DNA of 64,000 nt from Azolla caroliniana (taxonomy: Eukaryota; Plantae; Polypodiophyta): NCBI GenBank assembly GCA_043228905.1, contig JBHGNT010000014.1:20956001-21020000 (forward strand). The letters are read 5' to 3'. Position 1 is the first letter of the stretch, and each line of letters starts with the position of its first letter. The notes below the pieces were generated by a model that searched no databases, was not told where the DNA came from, and saw only the letters and a program-made list of their open reading frames with translations. This document shows, one piece after another, positions 36,461 through 49,689 of this stretch. A program made the position numbers and the translations under genes.

Positions 36461-36743
36461 TGTTGACGATGAAGGTCGTCTTTGCGGAAGATCAAGAAGC
36501 ATTCGTTTTTCTTTCTCTGTACCTGCGTATGACTGTTTGTAGGTCGTTGTGCAGAGAGAGAGACAGAGAGACACAAAAGAGTCTTTATTTCATAAAGAAG
36601 AATACAACAAGCCCAACCCCACAAAGAGGTTACAAGGTCACTATATATAGGGACCGACTTAGGGCAACTGCCCTTTATGCTAATTACATAAATGGCCAAA
36701 ACGGGATAGTGTGAATACGTCCATTATACACATGTATTCGACA
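36461..36743 (-). repeat. 5' LTR (283 bp)
   Basis: Direct repeat of 31287-31568, adjacent to the PBS. Confidence 0.95.
36642..36649 (-). promoter_or_regulatory. Probable LTR TATA box
   Basis: CCCTATATATAG on the minus strand about 95 nt into the LTR; present in both LTRs. Confidence 0.6.
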
Positions 36744-36999
36744 GAGAAGACCCGGTGAGTAAATTAAAATGTTCATAACTGGCTCGTGTGATATCGGATT
36801 TCTGTGTTCAAACATGCGAATCGAAGCTAACAACGCTAGCTATGATATAGAATTAAAAAATCGACATTTTGAAACTCAGGTTGACAGACATGACGAAATA
36901 AGCATATTTGAGGAGGTAGTGGAGAAGAGCTAGTGAGTAAATAAAAATAGTCATAGCTGGCTCGTGTGATATCGGATTTCTGTGTTCAAACATGCGAAT

Positions 37000-39900
37000 C
37001 GAAGCTAACAACGCTAGCTATGATATAGAATTAAAAAATCCAGATTTTGAAACTCAGGTCGAGAGACGTGACAAAATTAGCAAATTTGAGGAGGGAGTTC
37101 AGAAGACCCCGTGAGTAAATTAAAATCGTCATACCTGGCTTGGGTGATATTGGATTTTTAAGTTCAAACATGCGAATCGAAGCTAACAACGCTAGCTATG
37201 ATATCGAATTAAAAAATGGAGATTTCGAAACTCAGGTCGAGAGACGTGAGGAAATTAGCAAATTTGAGGAGGGAGTTGAGAAGAGCGAGTGAGTAAATTA
37301 AAATGTTCATACCTGGCTCGTGTGATATCGGATTTTTGTCTTCAAACATGCGAATCGAAGCTAACAACGCTAGCTATAATATAGAATTAAAAAATCAAGA
37401 TTTTGAAACTCAGATCGAGAGACGTGACAAAATTAGCAAATTTGAGGAGGGAGTTGAGAAGAGCGAGTGAGTAATTAAAATGGTCATACCTGGCTCGTTT
37501 GATATCGGATTATTGAGCTCAAACATTCAAATCGAAGCTAACAACACTAGCTATGATATAGAGTTAAAAAATCAATATTTTGAAACTCAGGTCGAGAGAC
37601 ATGACGAAATTAGCCAATTTGAGGAGGGAGGGGAGAAGACCCCGTGAGTAAATTAAAATAGTCATACCTGGCTTGTGTTATATCGGATCATTGTGTTCAA
37701 ACATTCGAATCGAAGCTAACAACGCTAGCTATGAAAAAGAATTAAAAAATCAAGATTTTGAAACTCAGGTCGAGAGACATGACGAAATTAGCAAATTTGA
37801 GGAGGTAGGGGAGAAGACCCCGTGAGTAAATTAAAATGGTCATACCTGGCTGGTGTGATATCAGCTTTTTGTGTTCAAATATGTGAATCGAAGCAAACAA
37901 CGCTAGCTATGATATAGAATTAAAAAATAAAGATTTTGAAACTCAGGTCGAGAGACATGATGAAATTAGCAAATTTGAGGAGGTTGGGGAGAAGACCCAG
38001 TGAGTAAATTAAAATGTTCATACCTGGCTTGTGTGATATCGGATTTTTGTGTTCAAACATGCGAATCGAAGCTGACAACGCTAGCTATGATAAAGAATTA
38101 AAAAATCGAGATTTCAAAACTCAGGTCGAGAGACGTGACGAAATTAGCAAATTTGAGGAGGGAGTTGAGAAGAGCGAGTGAGTAAATTAAAATGTTCATA
38201 CCTGGCTCGTGTAATATCGGATTTTTGTGTTCAAACATGCGAATCGAAGCTAACAACGCTAGCTATAATATAGAATTAAAAAATGGAGATTTCGAAACTC
38301 AGGTCGAGAGACGTGAGGAAATTAGGAAATTTGAGGAGGGAGTTGAGAAGAGCGAGTGAGTAAATTAAAATGTTCATACCTGGCTCGTGTGATATCGGAT
38401 TTTTGTGTTCAAACATGCGAATCAAAGCTAACAACACTAGCTATAATATAGAATTAAAAAATGAAGATTTTGAAACTCAGATCGAGAGACGTGACAAAAT
38501 TAACAAATTTGAGGAGGTAGGGGAGAAGACCCCGTGAGTAAATTAAAATGGTCATACCTGGCTCGTGTGATATCGGATTTTTGTGTTCAAACATGCGAAT
38601 CGAAGCTAACAATGCTAGCTATAATATAGAATTAAGAAAACAAGATTTTGAAACTCAGATCGAGAGACATGACAAAATTAGCAAATTTGAGGAGGGAGTT
38701 GAGAAGAGCGAGTGAGTAAATTAAAATGGTCATACCTGGCTTGAGTTATATCGGATTATTGTGTTCAAACATGTGAATCGAAGCTAACAACGCTAGCTAT
38801 GATATAGAATTAAAAAATCCAGATTTTGAAACTCAGGTCGAGAGACGTGACAAAATTAGCAAATTTGAGGAGGGACTTGAGAAGAGCGAGTGAGTAAATT
38901 AAAATCGTCATACCTGGCTTGGGTGATATCGGATTTTTATGTTCAAACATGCGAATCGAAGCTAACAACGCTAGCTATGATATCGAATTATAAAATGGAG
39001 ATTTCGAAACTCAGGTGGAGAGACGTGAGGAAATTAGCAAATTTGAGGAGGTAGGGGAGAAGACCCCGTGAGTAAATTAAAATGGTCATACCTGGCTCGT
39101 GCGATATCGGATTTTTGTGTTCAAACATGCGAATCGAAGCTAACAACGCTAGCTATAATACAGAATTAAGAAAACAAGATTTTGAAACTTAGATCGAGAG
39201 ACGTGACAAAATTAGCATATTTGAGGAGGGAGTTGAGAAGAGCGAGTGAGTAAATTAAAATAGTCATACCTGGCTCGTGTGATATCGGATTATTGTGTTC
39301 AGACATGCGAATTGAAGCTAACAACGCTAGCTATGATATAGAATTAAAAAATCAAGATTTTGAAACTCGGGTCGAGAGATGTGACGATATAAGCAAATTT
39401 GAGGAGGGAGTTGAGAAGAGCGAGTGAGTAAATTAAAATGGTCATACCTGGCTTGTGTTATATCGGATTATTGTGTTCAAACATGTGAATCGAAGCTAAC
39501 AACGCTAGCTATGATATAGAATTAGAAAATCCAGATTTTGAAACTCAGGTCGAGACACATGACGAAATTAGCAAATTTGAGGAGGTTGGGGAGAAGACCC
39601 GGTGAGTAAATTACAATGTTCATACCTGGCTCGTGTGATATCGGATTTTTGTGTTCAAACATGCGAATCGAAGCTAACAACGCTAGCTATAATATAGAAT
39701 TAAAAAATCAAGATTTTGAAACTCAGATCGAGAGACATGACAAAATTATCAAATTTGAGGAGGTAGGGGAGAAGACCCCGTGAGTAAATTAATATGGTCA
39801 TACCTGGCTCGTGTGATATCGGATTTTTGTGTTCAAACATGCGAATCGAAGCTAACAACGCTAGCTATCATATCGAGTTAAAAAATCAAGATTTTGAAAC

Positions 39901-42900
39901 TCAGGTCGAGAGACAAGACGAAATTAGCAAATTTGAGGAGGTTTTTGAGAAGAGCGAGTGAGTAAATTAAAATGGTCATACCTGGCTTGTGTTATATCGG
40001 ATTATTGTGTTCAAACATGTGAATCGAAGCTAACAACGCTAGCTATGATATAGAATTAAAAAATCCAGATTTTGAAACTCAGGTCGAGAGACGTGACAAA
40101 ATTAGCAAATTTGAGGAGGGAGTTCAGAAGACCCCGTGAGTAAATTAAAATCGTCATACCTGGCTTGGGTGATATTGGATTTTTAAGTTCAAACATGCGA
40201 ATCGAAGCTAACAACGCTAGCTATGATATCGAATTAAAAAATGGAGATTTCGAAAATCAGGTCGAGAGACGTGAGGAAATTAGCAAATTTGAGGAGGGAG
40301 TTGAGAAGAGCGAGTGAGTAAATTAAAATGTTCATACCTGGCTCGTGTGATATCGGATTTTTGTCTTCAAACATGCGAATCGAAGCTAACAACGCTAGCT
40401 ATAATATAGAATTAAAAAATCAAGATTTTGAAACTCAGATCGAGAGACGTGACAAAATTAGCAAATTTGAGGAGGGAGTTGAGAAGAGCGAGTGAGTAAT
40501 TAAAATGGTCATACCTGGCTCGTTTGATATCGGATTATTGAGTTCAAACATTCAAATCGAAGCTAACAACACTAGCTATGATATAGAGTTAAAAAATCAA
40601 TATTTTGAAACTCAGGTCGAGAGACATGACGAAATTAGCCAATTTGAGGAGGGAGGGGAGAAGACCCCGTGAGTAAATTAAAATGGTCATACCTGGCTTG
40701 TGTTATATCGGATCATTGTGTTCAAACATTCGAATCGAAGCTAACAACGCTAGCTATGAAAAAGAATTAAAAAATCAAGATTTTGAAACTCAGGTCGAGA
40801 GACATGACGAAATTAGCAAATTTGAGGAGGTAGGGGAGAAGACCCCGTGAGTAAATTAAAATGGTCATACCTGGCTGGTGTGATATCAGCTTTTTGTGTT
40901 CAAATATGTGAATCGAAGCAAACAACGCTAGCTATGATATAGAATTAAAAAATAAAGATTTTGAAACTCAGGTCGAGAGACATGATGAAATTAGCAAATT
41001 TGAGGAGGTTGGGGAGAAGACCCAGTGAGTAAATTAAAATGTTCATACCTGGCTTGTGTGATATCGGATTTTTGTGTTCAAACATGCGAATCGAAGCTGA
41101 CAACGCTAGCTATGATAAAGAATTAAAAAATCGAGATTTCAAAACTCAGGTCGAGAGACGTGACGAAATTAGCAAATTTGAGGAGGGAGTTGAGAAGAGC
41201 GAGTGAGTAAATTAAAATGTTCATACCTGGCTCGTGTAATATCGGATTTTTGTGTTCAAACATGCGAATCGAAGCTAACAACGCTAGCTATAATATAGAA
41301 TTAAAAAATGGAGATTTCGAAACTCAGGTCGAGAGACGTGAGGAAATTAGGAAATTTGAGGAGGGAGTTGAGAAGAGCGAGTGAGTAAATTAAAATGTTC
41401 ATACCTGGCTCGTGTGATATCGGATTTTTGTGTTCAAACATGCGAATCAAAGCTAACAACACTAGCTATAATATAGAATTAAAAAATGAAGATTTTGAAA
41501 CTCAGATCGAGAGACGTGACAAAATTAACAAATTTGAGGAGGTAGGGGAGAAGACCCCGTGAGTAAATTAAAATGGTCATACCTGGCTCGTGTGATATCG
41601 GATTTTTGTGTTCAAACATGCGAATCGAAGCTGACAATGCTAGCTATAATATAGAATTAAGAAAACAAGATTTTGAAACTCAGATCGAGAGACATGACAA
41701 AATTAGCAAATTTGAGGAGGGAGTTGAGAAGAGCGAGTGAGTAAATTAAAATGGTCATACCTGGCTTGAGTTATATCGGATTATTGTGTTCAAACATGTG
41801 AATCGAAGCTAACAACGCTAGCTATGATATAGAATTAAAAAATCCAGATTTTGAAACTCAGGTCGAGAGACGTGACAAAATTAGCAAATTTGAGGAGGGA
41901 CTTGAGAAGAGCGAGTGAGTAAATTAAAATCGTCATACCTGGCTTGGGTGATATCGGATTTTTATGTTCAAACATGCGAATCGAAGCTAACAACGCTAGC
42001 TATGATATCGAATTATAAAATGGAGATTTCGAAACTCAGGTGGAGAGCCGTGAGGAAATTAGCAAATTTGAGGAGGTAGGGGAGAAGACCCCGTGAGTAA
42101 ATTAAAATGGTCATACCTGGCTCGTGCGATATCGGATTTTTGTGTTCAAACATGCGAATCGAAGCTAACAACGCTAGCTATAATATAGAATTAAGAAAAC
42201 AAGATTTTGAAACTTAGATCGAGAGACGTGACAAAATTAGCATATTTGAGGAGGGAGTTGAGAAGAGCGAGTGAGTAAATTAAAATAGTCATACCTGGCT
42301 CGTGTGATATCGGATTATTGTGTTCAGACATGCGAATTGAAGCTAACAACGCTAGCTATGATATAGAATTAAAAAATCAAGATTTTGAAACTCGGGTCGA
42401 GAGATGTGACGATATAAGCAAATTTGAGGAGGGAGTTGAGAAGAGCGAGTGAGTAAATTAAAATGGTCATACCTGGCTTGTGTTATATCGGATTATTGTG
42501 TTCAAACATGTGAATCGAAGCTAACAACGCTAGCTATGATATAGAATTAGAAAATCCAGATTTTGAAACTCAGGTCGAGACACATGACGAAATTAGCAAA
42601 TTTGAGGAGGTTGGGGAGAAGACCCGGTGAGTAAATTACAATGTTCATACCTGGCTCGTGTGATATCGGATTTTTGTGTTCAAACATGCAAATCGAAGCT
42701 AACAACGCTAGCTATAATATAGAATTAAAAAATCAAGATTTTGAAACTCAGATCAAGAGACATGACAAAATTATCAAATTTGAGGAGGTAGGGGAGAAGA
42801 CCCCGTGAGTAAATTAATATGGTCATACCTGGCTCGTGTGATATCGGATTTTTGTGTTCAAACATGCGAATCGAAGCTAACAACGCTAGCTATCATATCG

Positions 42901-43470
42901 AGTTAAAAAATCAAGATTTTGAAACTCAGGTCGAGAGACAAGACGAAATTAGCAAATTTGAGGAGGTTTTTGAGAAGAGCGAGTGAGTAAATTAAAATGG
43001 TCATACCTGGCTTGTGTTATATCGGATTATTGTGTTCAAACATGTGAATCGAAGCTAACAACGCTAGCTATGATATAGAATTAAAAAATCCAGATTTTGA
43101 AACTCAGGTCGAGAGACGTGACAAAATTAGCAAATTTGAGGAGGGAGTTCAGAAGACCCCGTGAGTAAATTAAAATCGTCATACCTGGCTTGGGTGATAT
43201 TGGATTTTTAAGTTCAAACATGCGAATCGAAGCTAACAACGCTAGCTATGATATCGAATTAAAAAATGGAGATTTCGAAACTCAGGTCGAGAGATGTGAG
43301 GAAATTAGCAAATTTGAGGAGGGAGTTGAGAAGAGCGAGTGAGTAAATTAAAATGTTCATACCTGGCTCGTGTGATATCGGATTTTTGTCTTCAAACATG
43401 CGAATCGAAGCTAACAACGCTAGCTATAATATAGAATTAAAAAATCAAGATTTTGAAACTCAGATCGAGA
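37000..43470. repeat. 17-monomer higher-order repeat (3025 bp), just over 2 copies
   Basis: Marker TTCAGAAGACCCC at 37098, 40123 and 43148 (3025 = 17x178-1). Private variants such as ATGAAAAAGA, CATTCGAATC and AATTACAATG recur at the same offset. Confidence 0.9.
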
Positions 43471-45899
43471 GACATGATAAAATTAGCAAATTTGAGGAGG
43501 TAGGGGAGAAGACCCCGTGAGTAAATTAAAATGGTCATACCTGGCTCGTGTGATATCGGATTTTTGTGTTCAAACTTGCGAATCGAAGCTAACAACGCTA
43601 GCTATGATATAGAATTAAAAAATGGAGATTTCGAAATTCAGGTCGAGAGACGTGACAAAATTAGCAAATTTGAGGAGGTTTTTGAGAAGAGCGAGTGAGT
43701 AAATTAAAATGGTCATACCTGGCTTGTGTTATATCGGATTATTGTGTTCAAACATGTGAATCGAAGCTAACAACGCTAGCTATGATATAGAATGAGAAAA
43801 TCCAGATTTTGAAACTCAGGTCGAGACACATGACGAAATTAGCAAATTTGAGGAGGTTGGGGAGAAGACCCGGTGAGTAAATTAAAATGTTCATACCTGG
43901 CTCGTGTGATATCGGATTTTTGTGTTCAAACATGGGAATCGAAGCTAACAACGCTAGCTATGATATCAAATTAAAAAATGGAGATTTAGAAACTCAGGTC
44001 GAGAGACGTGAGGAAATTACCAAATTTGAGGAGGGAGTTGCGAAGAGCCAGTGAGTAAATTAAACTGTTCACACCTGGCTCATGTGAAATCGGATTTCTG
44101 TGTTCAAACATGCGAATCGAAGCTAACAACGCTAGCTATGATATAGAATTAAAAAGTTATGATTTTGAAACTCAAGTCAAAGGACATGATGAAATTAGCA
44201 AATTTGAGGAGGGAGTTGAGAAGAGCGAGTGAGTAAATTAAAATGGTCATAGCTGGCTTGTGTTATATCCGATTATTGTGTTTAAACATGTGAATCGAAG
44301 CTAACAACGCTAGCTATGATATAGAATTAGAAAATCCACATTTTGAAACTCAGGTCGAGACACATGACGAAATTAGCAAATTTGAGGAGGTTGGGGAGAA
44401 GACCCCGTGAGTAAATTAAAATCGTCATACTGGGCTCGTGTGATATCAGATTTTTGTGTTCAAACATGCGAATCGAAGCTAACAATGCTAGCAACGGTAT
44501 CGAATTAAAAAATGGAGATTTCGAAACTCAGGTCGAAAGACGTGAGGAAATTAGCAAATTTGAGGAGGGAGTTGAGAAGAGCGAGTGAGTAAATTAAAAT
44601 GGTCATACCTGGCTTGTGTTATATCGGATTATTGTGTTCAAACATGTGAATCGAAGCTAACAACGCTAGCTATGATATAGAATTAGAAAATCCAGATTTT
44701 GAAACTCAGGTCGAGACACATGACGAAATTAGCAAATTTGAGGAGGTTGGGGAAAAGACCCGGTGAGTAAATTAAAATCGTCATACTGGGCTCGTGTGAT
44801 ATCGGATTTTTGTGTTCAAACATGCGAATCGAAGCTAACAACGCTAGCTATAATATAGAATTAAAAAATCAAGATTTTGAAACTCAGATCGAGAGACATG
44901 ACAAAATTATCAAATTTGAGGAGGTAGGGGAGAAGACCCCGTGAGTAAATTAAAATGGTCATACCTGGCTCGTGTGATATCGGATTTTTGTGTTCAAACA
45001 TGCGAATCGAAGCTAACAACGCTAGCTATCATATCGAGTTAAAAAATCAAGATTTTGAAACTCAGGTCGAGAGACATGACGAAATTAGCAAATTTGAGGA
45101 GGTTTTTGAGAAGAGCGAGTGAGTAAATTAAAATGGTCATACCTGGCTTGTGTTATATCGGATTATTATGTTCAAACATGTGAATCGAAGCTAACAACGC
45201 TAGCTATGATATAGAATTAAAAAATCCAGATTTTGAAACTCAGGTCGAGAGACGTGACAAAATTAGCAAATTTGAGGAGGGAGTTCAGAAGACCCCGTGA
45301 GTAAATTAAAATCGTCATACCTGGCTTGGGTGATATCGGATTTTTAAGTTCAAACATGCGAATCGAAGCTAACAACGCTAGCTATGATATCGAATTAAAA
45401 AATGGAGATTTCGAAACTCAGGTCGAGAGGCGTGAGGAAATTAGCAAATTTGAGGAGGGAGTTGAGAAGAGCGAGTGAGTAAATTAAAATGTTCATACCT
45501 GGCTCGTGTGATATCGGATTTTTGTGTTCAAACATGCGAATCGAAGCTAACAACGCTAGCTATAATATAGAATTAAAAAATCAAGATTTTGAAAACTCAA
45601 ATCGAGAGACATGACAAAATTAGCAAATTTGAGGAGGTAGGGGAGAAGACCCCGTGAGTAAATTAAAATGGTCATACCTGGCTCGTGTGATATCGGATTT
45701 TTGTGTTCAAACATGCGAATCGAAGCGAATAACGCTAGCTATCATATCGAGTTAAAAAATCAAGATTTTGAAACTCAGGTCGAAAGACATGACGAAATTA
45801 GCAAATTTGAGGAGGGAGTTGAGAAGAGCGAGTGAGTAAATTAAAATGGTCATACCTGGCTTGTGTTATATCGGATTATTGTGTTCAAACATGTGAATC

Positions 45900-47650
45900 G
45901 AAGCTAACAACGTTAGCTATGATATCGAGTTAAAAAATGAAGATTTTGAAACTCAGGTCGAGAGACATGACGAAATTAGCAAATTTGAGGAGGGAGTCGA
46001 CAAGAGCGAGTGAGTAAATTAAAATGGTCATACCTGGCTTGTGTTATATCGGATTATTGTGTTCATAGAATTAAAAAATCCAGATTTTGAAACTCAGGTC
46101 GAGACACATGACGAAATTAGCAAATTTGAGGAGGTTGGGGAGAAGAACCAGTGAGTAAATTAAAATGTTCATACCTGGCTCGTGTGATATCGGATTTTTG
46201 TGTTCAAACATGCGAATCGAAGCTAACAACGCTAGCTATGATATAGAGTTAAAAAATCAAGATTTTGAAACTCAGGTCGACAGACGTGACAAAATTAGCA
46301 AAGTTGAGGAGGGAGTTGAGAAGAGCGAGGGAGTAAATTAAAGTAATTAAGATTTTGAAACTCAGATCGAGAGACATGACAAAATTAGTATATTTGAGGA
46401 GGGAGTTGAGAAGAGCGAGTGAGTAAATTAAAATGGTCATACCTGGCTTGTGTGATATCGGATTATTGTGTTCAAACATGTGAATTGAAGCTAACAACAC
46501 TAGCTATTATATAGAGTTAAAAAATCAAGATTTTGAAACTTAGGTCGAGAGAGATGACGAAATTAGCAAAGTTGAGGAGGGAGTTGAGAAGAGCGAGTGA
46601 GTAAATTAAAATGTTCATAACTGGCTCGTGTGATATCGGATTTTTGTGTTCAAACATGCGAATCGAAGCTAACAACGCTAGCTATAATATAAAATTAAAA
46701 AATCAAGATTTTGAAACTCAGATCGAGAGACATGACAAAATTAGCAAATTTGAGGAGGTAGGGGAGAAGACCCCGTGAGTAAATTAAAATGGTCATACCT
46801 GGCTCCTGTGATATCGGATTTTTGTGTTCAAACATGCGAATCGAAGCTAATAACGCTAGCTATCATATCGAGTTTAAAAATCAAGATTTTGAAACTCAGG
46901 TCGAAAGACATGACGAAATTAGCAAATTTGAGGAGGGAGTTGAGAAAAGCGAGTGAGTAAATTAAAATGGTCATACCTGGCTTGTGCTATATCGGATTAT
47001 TGTGTTCAAACATGTGAATCGAAGCTAACAACGTTAGCTATGACATCGAGTTAAAAAATGAAGATTTTGAAACTCAGGTCGGAGACATGAGGAAATTAGC
47101 AAATTTGAGGAGGGAGTTGACAAGAGCGAGTGAGTAAATTAAAATGGTCATACCTGGCTTGTGTTATATCGGATTATTGTGTTCATAGAATTAAAAAATC
47201 CAGATTTTGAAACTCAGGTCGAGACACATGACGAAATTAGCAAATTTGAGGAGGTTGGGGAGAAGAACCAGTGAGTAAATTAAAATGTTCATACCTGGCT
47301 CGTGTGATATCGGATTTTTGTGTTCAAACATGCGAATCGAAGCTAACAACGCTAGCTATGATATAGAGTTAAAAAATCAAGATTTTGAAACTCAGGTCGA
47401 GAGACGTGACAAAATTAGCAAAGTTGAGGAGGGAGTTGAGAAGAGCGAGTGAGTAAATTAAAGTAATTAAGATTTTGAAACTCAGATCGAGAGACATGAC
47501 AAAATTAGTATATTTGAGGAGGGAGTTGAGAAGAGCGAGTGAGTAAATTAAAATGGTCATACCTGGCTTGTGTGATATCGGATTATTGTGTTCAAACATG
47601 TGAATTGAAGCTAACAACACTAGCTATTATATAGAGTTAAAAAATCAAGA
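45900..47650. repeat. 1120-bp duplication containing 141-bp and 90-bp truncated monomers
   Basis: 37-bp deletion marker GTTCATAGAATT at 46061 and 47181; ORF ends 46249/47369. Confidence 0.8.
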
Positions 47651-49689
47651 TTTTGAAACTCAGGTCGAGAGACATGACGAAATTAGCAAAGTTGAGGAGG
47701 GAGTTGAGAAGAGCGAGTGAGTAAATTAAAGTAATTAAGATTTTGAAACTTAGATCGAGAGACGTGACTAAATTAGCATATTTGAGGAGGGAGTTGAGAA
47801 GAGCGAGTGAGTAAATTAAAATAGTCATACCTGGCTTGTGTGATATCGGATTATTGTGTTCAAACATGCGAATTGAAGCTAACAACGCTAGCTATGCTAT
47901 AGAATTAAAAAATCAAGATTTTGAAACTCGGGTCGAGAGATGTGACGATATAAGCAAATTTGAGGAGGGAGTTGAGAAGAGCGAGTGAGTAAATTAAAAT
48001 GTTCATAACTGGCTCGTGTGATATCGGATTTTTGTGTTCAAACATGCGAATCGAAGCTAACAACGCTAGCTATGATATAGAATTATAAAATGGAGTTTTG
48101 GAAACTCAGGTCGAGAGACGTGAGGATATTAGTAAATTTGAGGAGGGAGTTGAGAAGAGCGAGTGAGTAAATTAAAATGTTCATACCTGGCTCGTGTGAT
48201 ATCGGATTTTTGTGCTCAAACATGCGAATCGAAGCTAACAACGCTAGCTATTATATAGAATTCGAAAATCGAGAGTTTGAAACTCAGGTCGAGAGACATG
48301 ACGAAATTAGCAAATTTGAGGAGGTAGGGGAGAAGACCCGGTGAGTAAATTAAAATGTTCATACCTGGCTCGTGTGATCTCGGATTTTTGTGTTCAAACA
48401 TGTGAATTGAAGCTAACAACGCTAGCTATGATATAGAATTAGAAAATCATGATTTTGAAACTCAGGTAGAGAGACATGACGGAATTAGCAAATTTGAGGA
48501 GGTTAGGGAGAAGACTCGGTGAGTAAATTAAAATGTTCATAACTGGCTCGTGTGATATTAGATTTTTGTGTTCAAACATGCGAATCGAAGCTGACAACAT
48601 TAGCTATGATATAGAATTATAAAATGGAGTTTTGGAAACTCAGGTCGAGAGACATGAGTATATTAGTAAATTTCAGGAAGGAGTTGAGAAGAGCGAGTGA
48701 ATAAATTAAAATGTTCATACCTGGCTCGTGTGATATCGGATTTTTGTGTTCAAACATGCGAATTGAAGCTAACAACGCTAGCTATGATATAGAATTAGAA
48801 AATCGAGATTTTGAAACTCAGGTCGAGAGATATGATGAAATTAGCAAATTTGAGGAGCTAGGGGAGAAGACCCCGTGAGTAAATTAAAATGTTCATACCT
48901 GGCTCGTGTGATCTCGGATTTTTGTGTTCAAACATGTGAATCAAAGCTAACAACGCTAGCTATGATATAGAATTAGAAAATCAAGATTTTGAAACTCAGG
49001 TCGAGAGAGATGACGAAATTAGCAAATTTGAGGAGGTTGGGGAGAAGACCCGGTGAGTAAATTAAAATGGTCATACCTGGATCATATGACATCGGATTTT
49101 TGTGTTCAAACATGCGAATCGAAGCTGACAACGCTAGCTATGATATAAAATTAAAAAATCAAGATTTCAAAACTCAGGTCGAGAGACATGACGAAATTAG
49201 CAAACTTGAGGAGGGAGTTGAGAAGAGCGAGTTAGTAAATTAAAATGTTCATACCTAGCTCGTGTGATATCAGATTTCTGTGTTCAAACATGCGAATCGA
49301 GGCTAACAACGCTAGCTATTATATAGAATTAAAAAATCAAGATTTCCGAACTCAGGTCGAGAGACGTGACGATATAAGCAAATTTGAGGAGGGAGTTGAG
49401 AAGAGCGAGTTAGTAAATTAAAATGTTCATACCTAGCTCGTGTGATATTAGATTTTTGATTTAAAACATACAAATTGAAGCTAACAAAGCTAGCTATGAT
49501 ATAGAACTAAAAAAACGAGATTTTGAAACTCAGGTCGAGAGACATGACGAAATTAGCAAATTTGAGGAGGGAGTTGAGAAGAGCGAGTGAGTAAATTAAA
49601 ATGTTCATACCTGGCTCGTGTGATATCAGATTTCTCTGTTCAAACATGCGAATCGAGGCTAACAACGCTAGCTATTATATAGAATTAAA

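Larger units (their letters stand above)
31287..36743 (-). mobile_element. Intact Ty1/copia LTR retrotransposon, 5457 bp (Tork/Tnt1-like by inference)
   Basis: TG..CA LTRs, 5-bp TSD GAGAA (31282-31286 and 36744-36748), PBS, PPT and a single uninterrupted gag-pol ORF in PR-INT-RT-RH order. Confidence 0.97.

Noticed and set aside
35791-36714. ORFs in the copia leader and LTR (possible extra gene)
   Set aside because: No recognisable domains; the 133-aa leader ORF lacks an ATG start and is out of frame with gag-pol; the LTR ORF frames differ between the two LTR copies.
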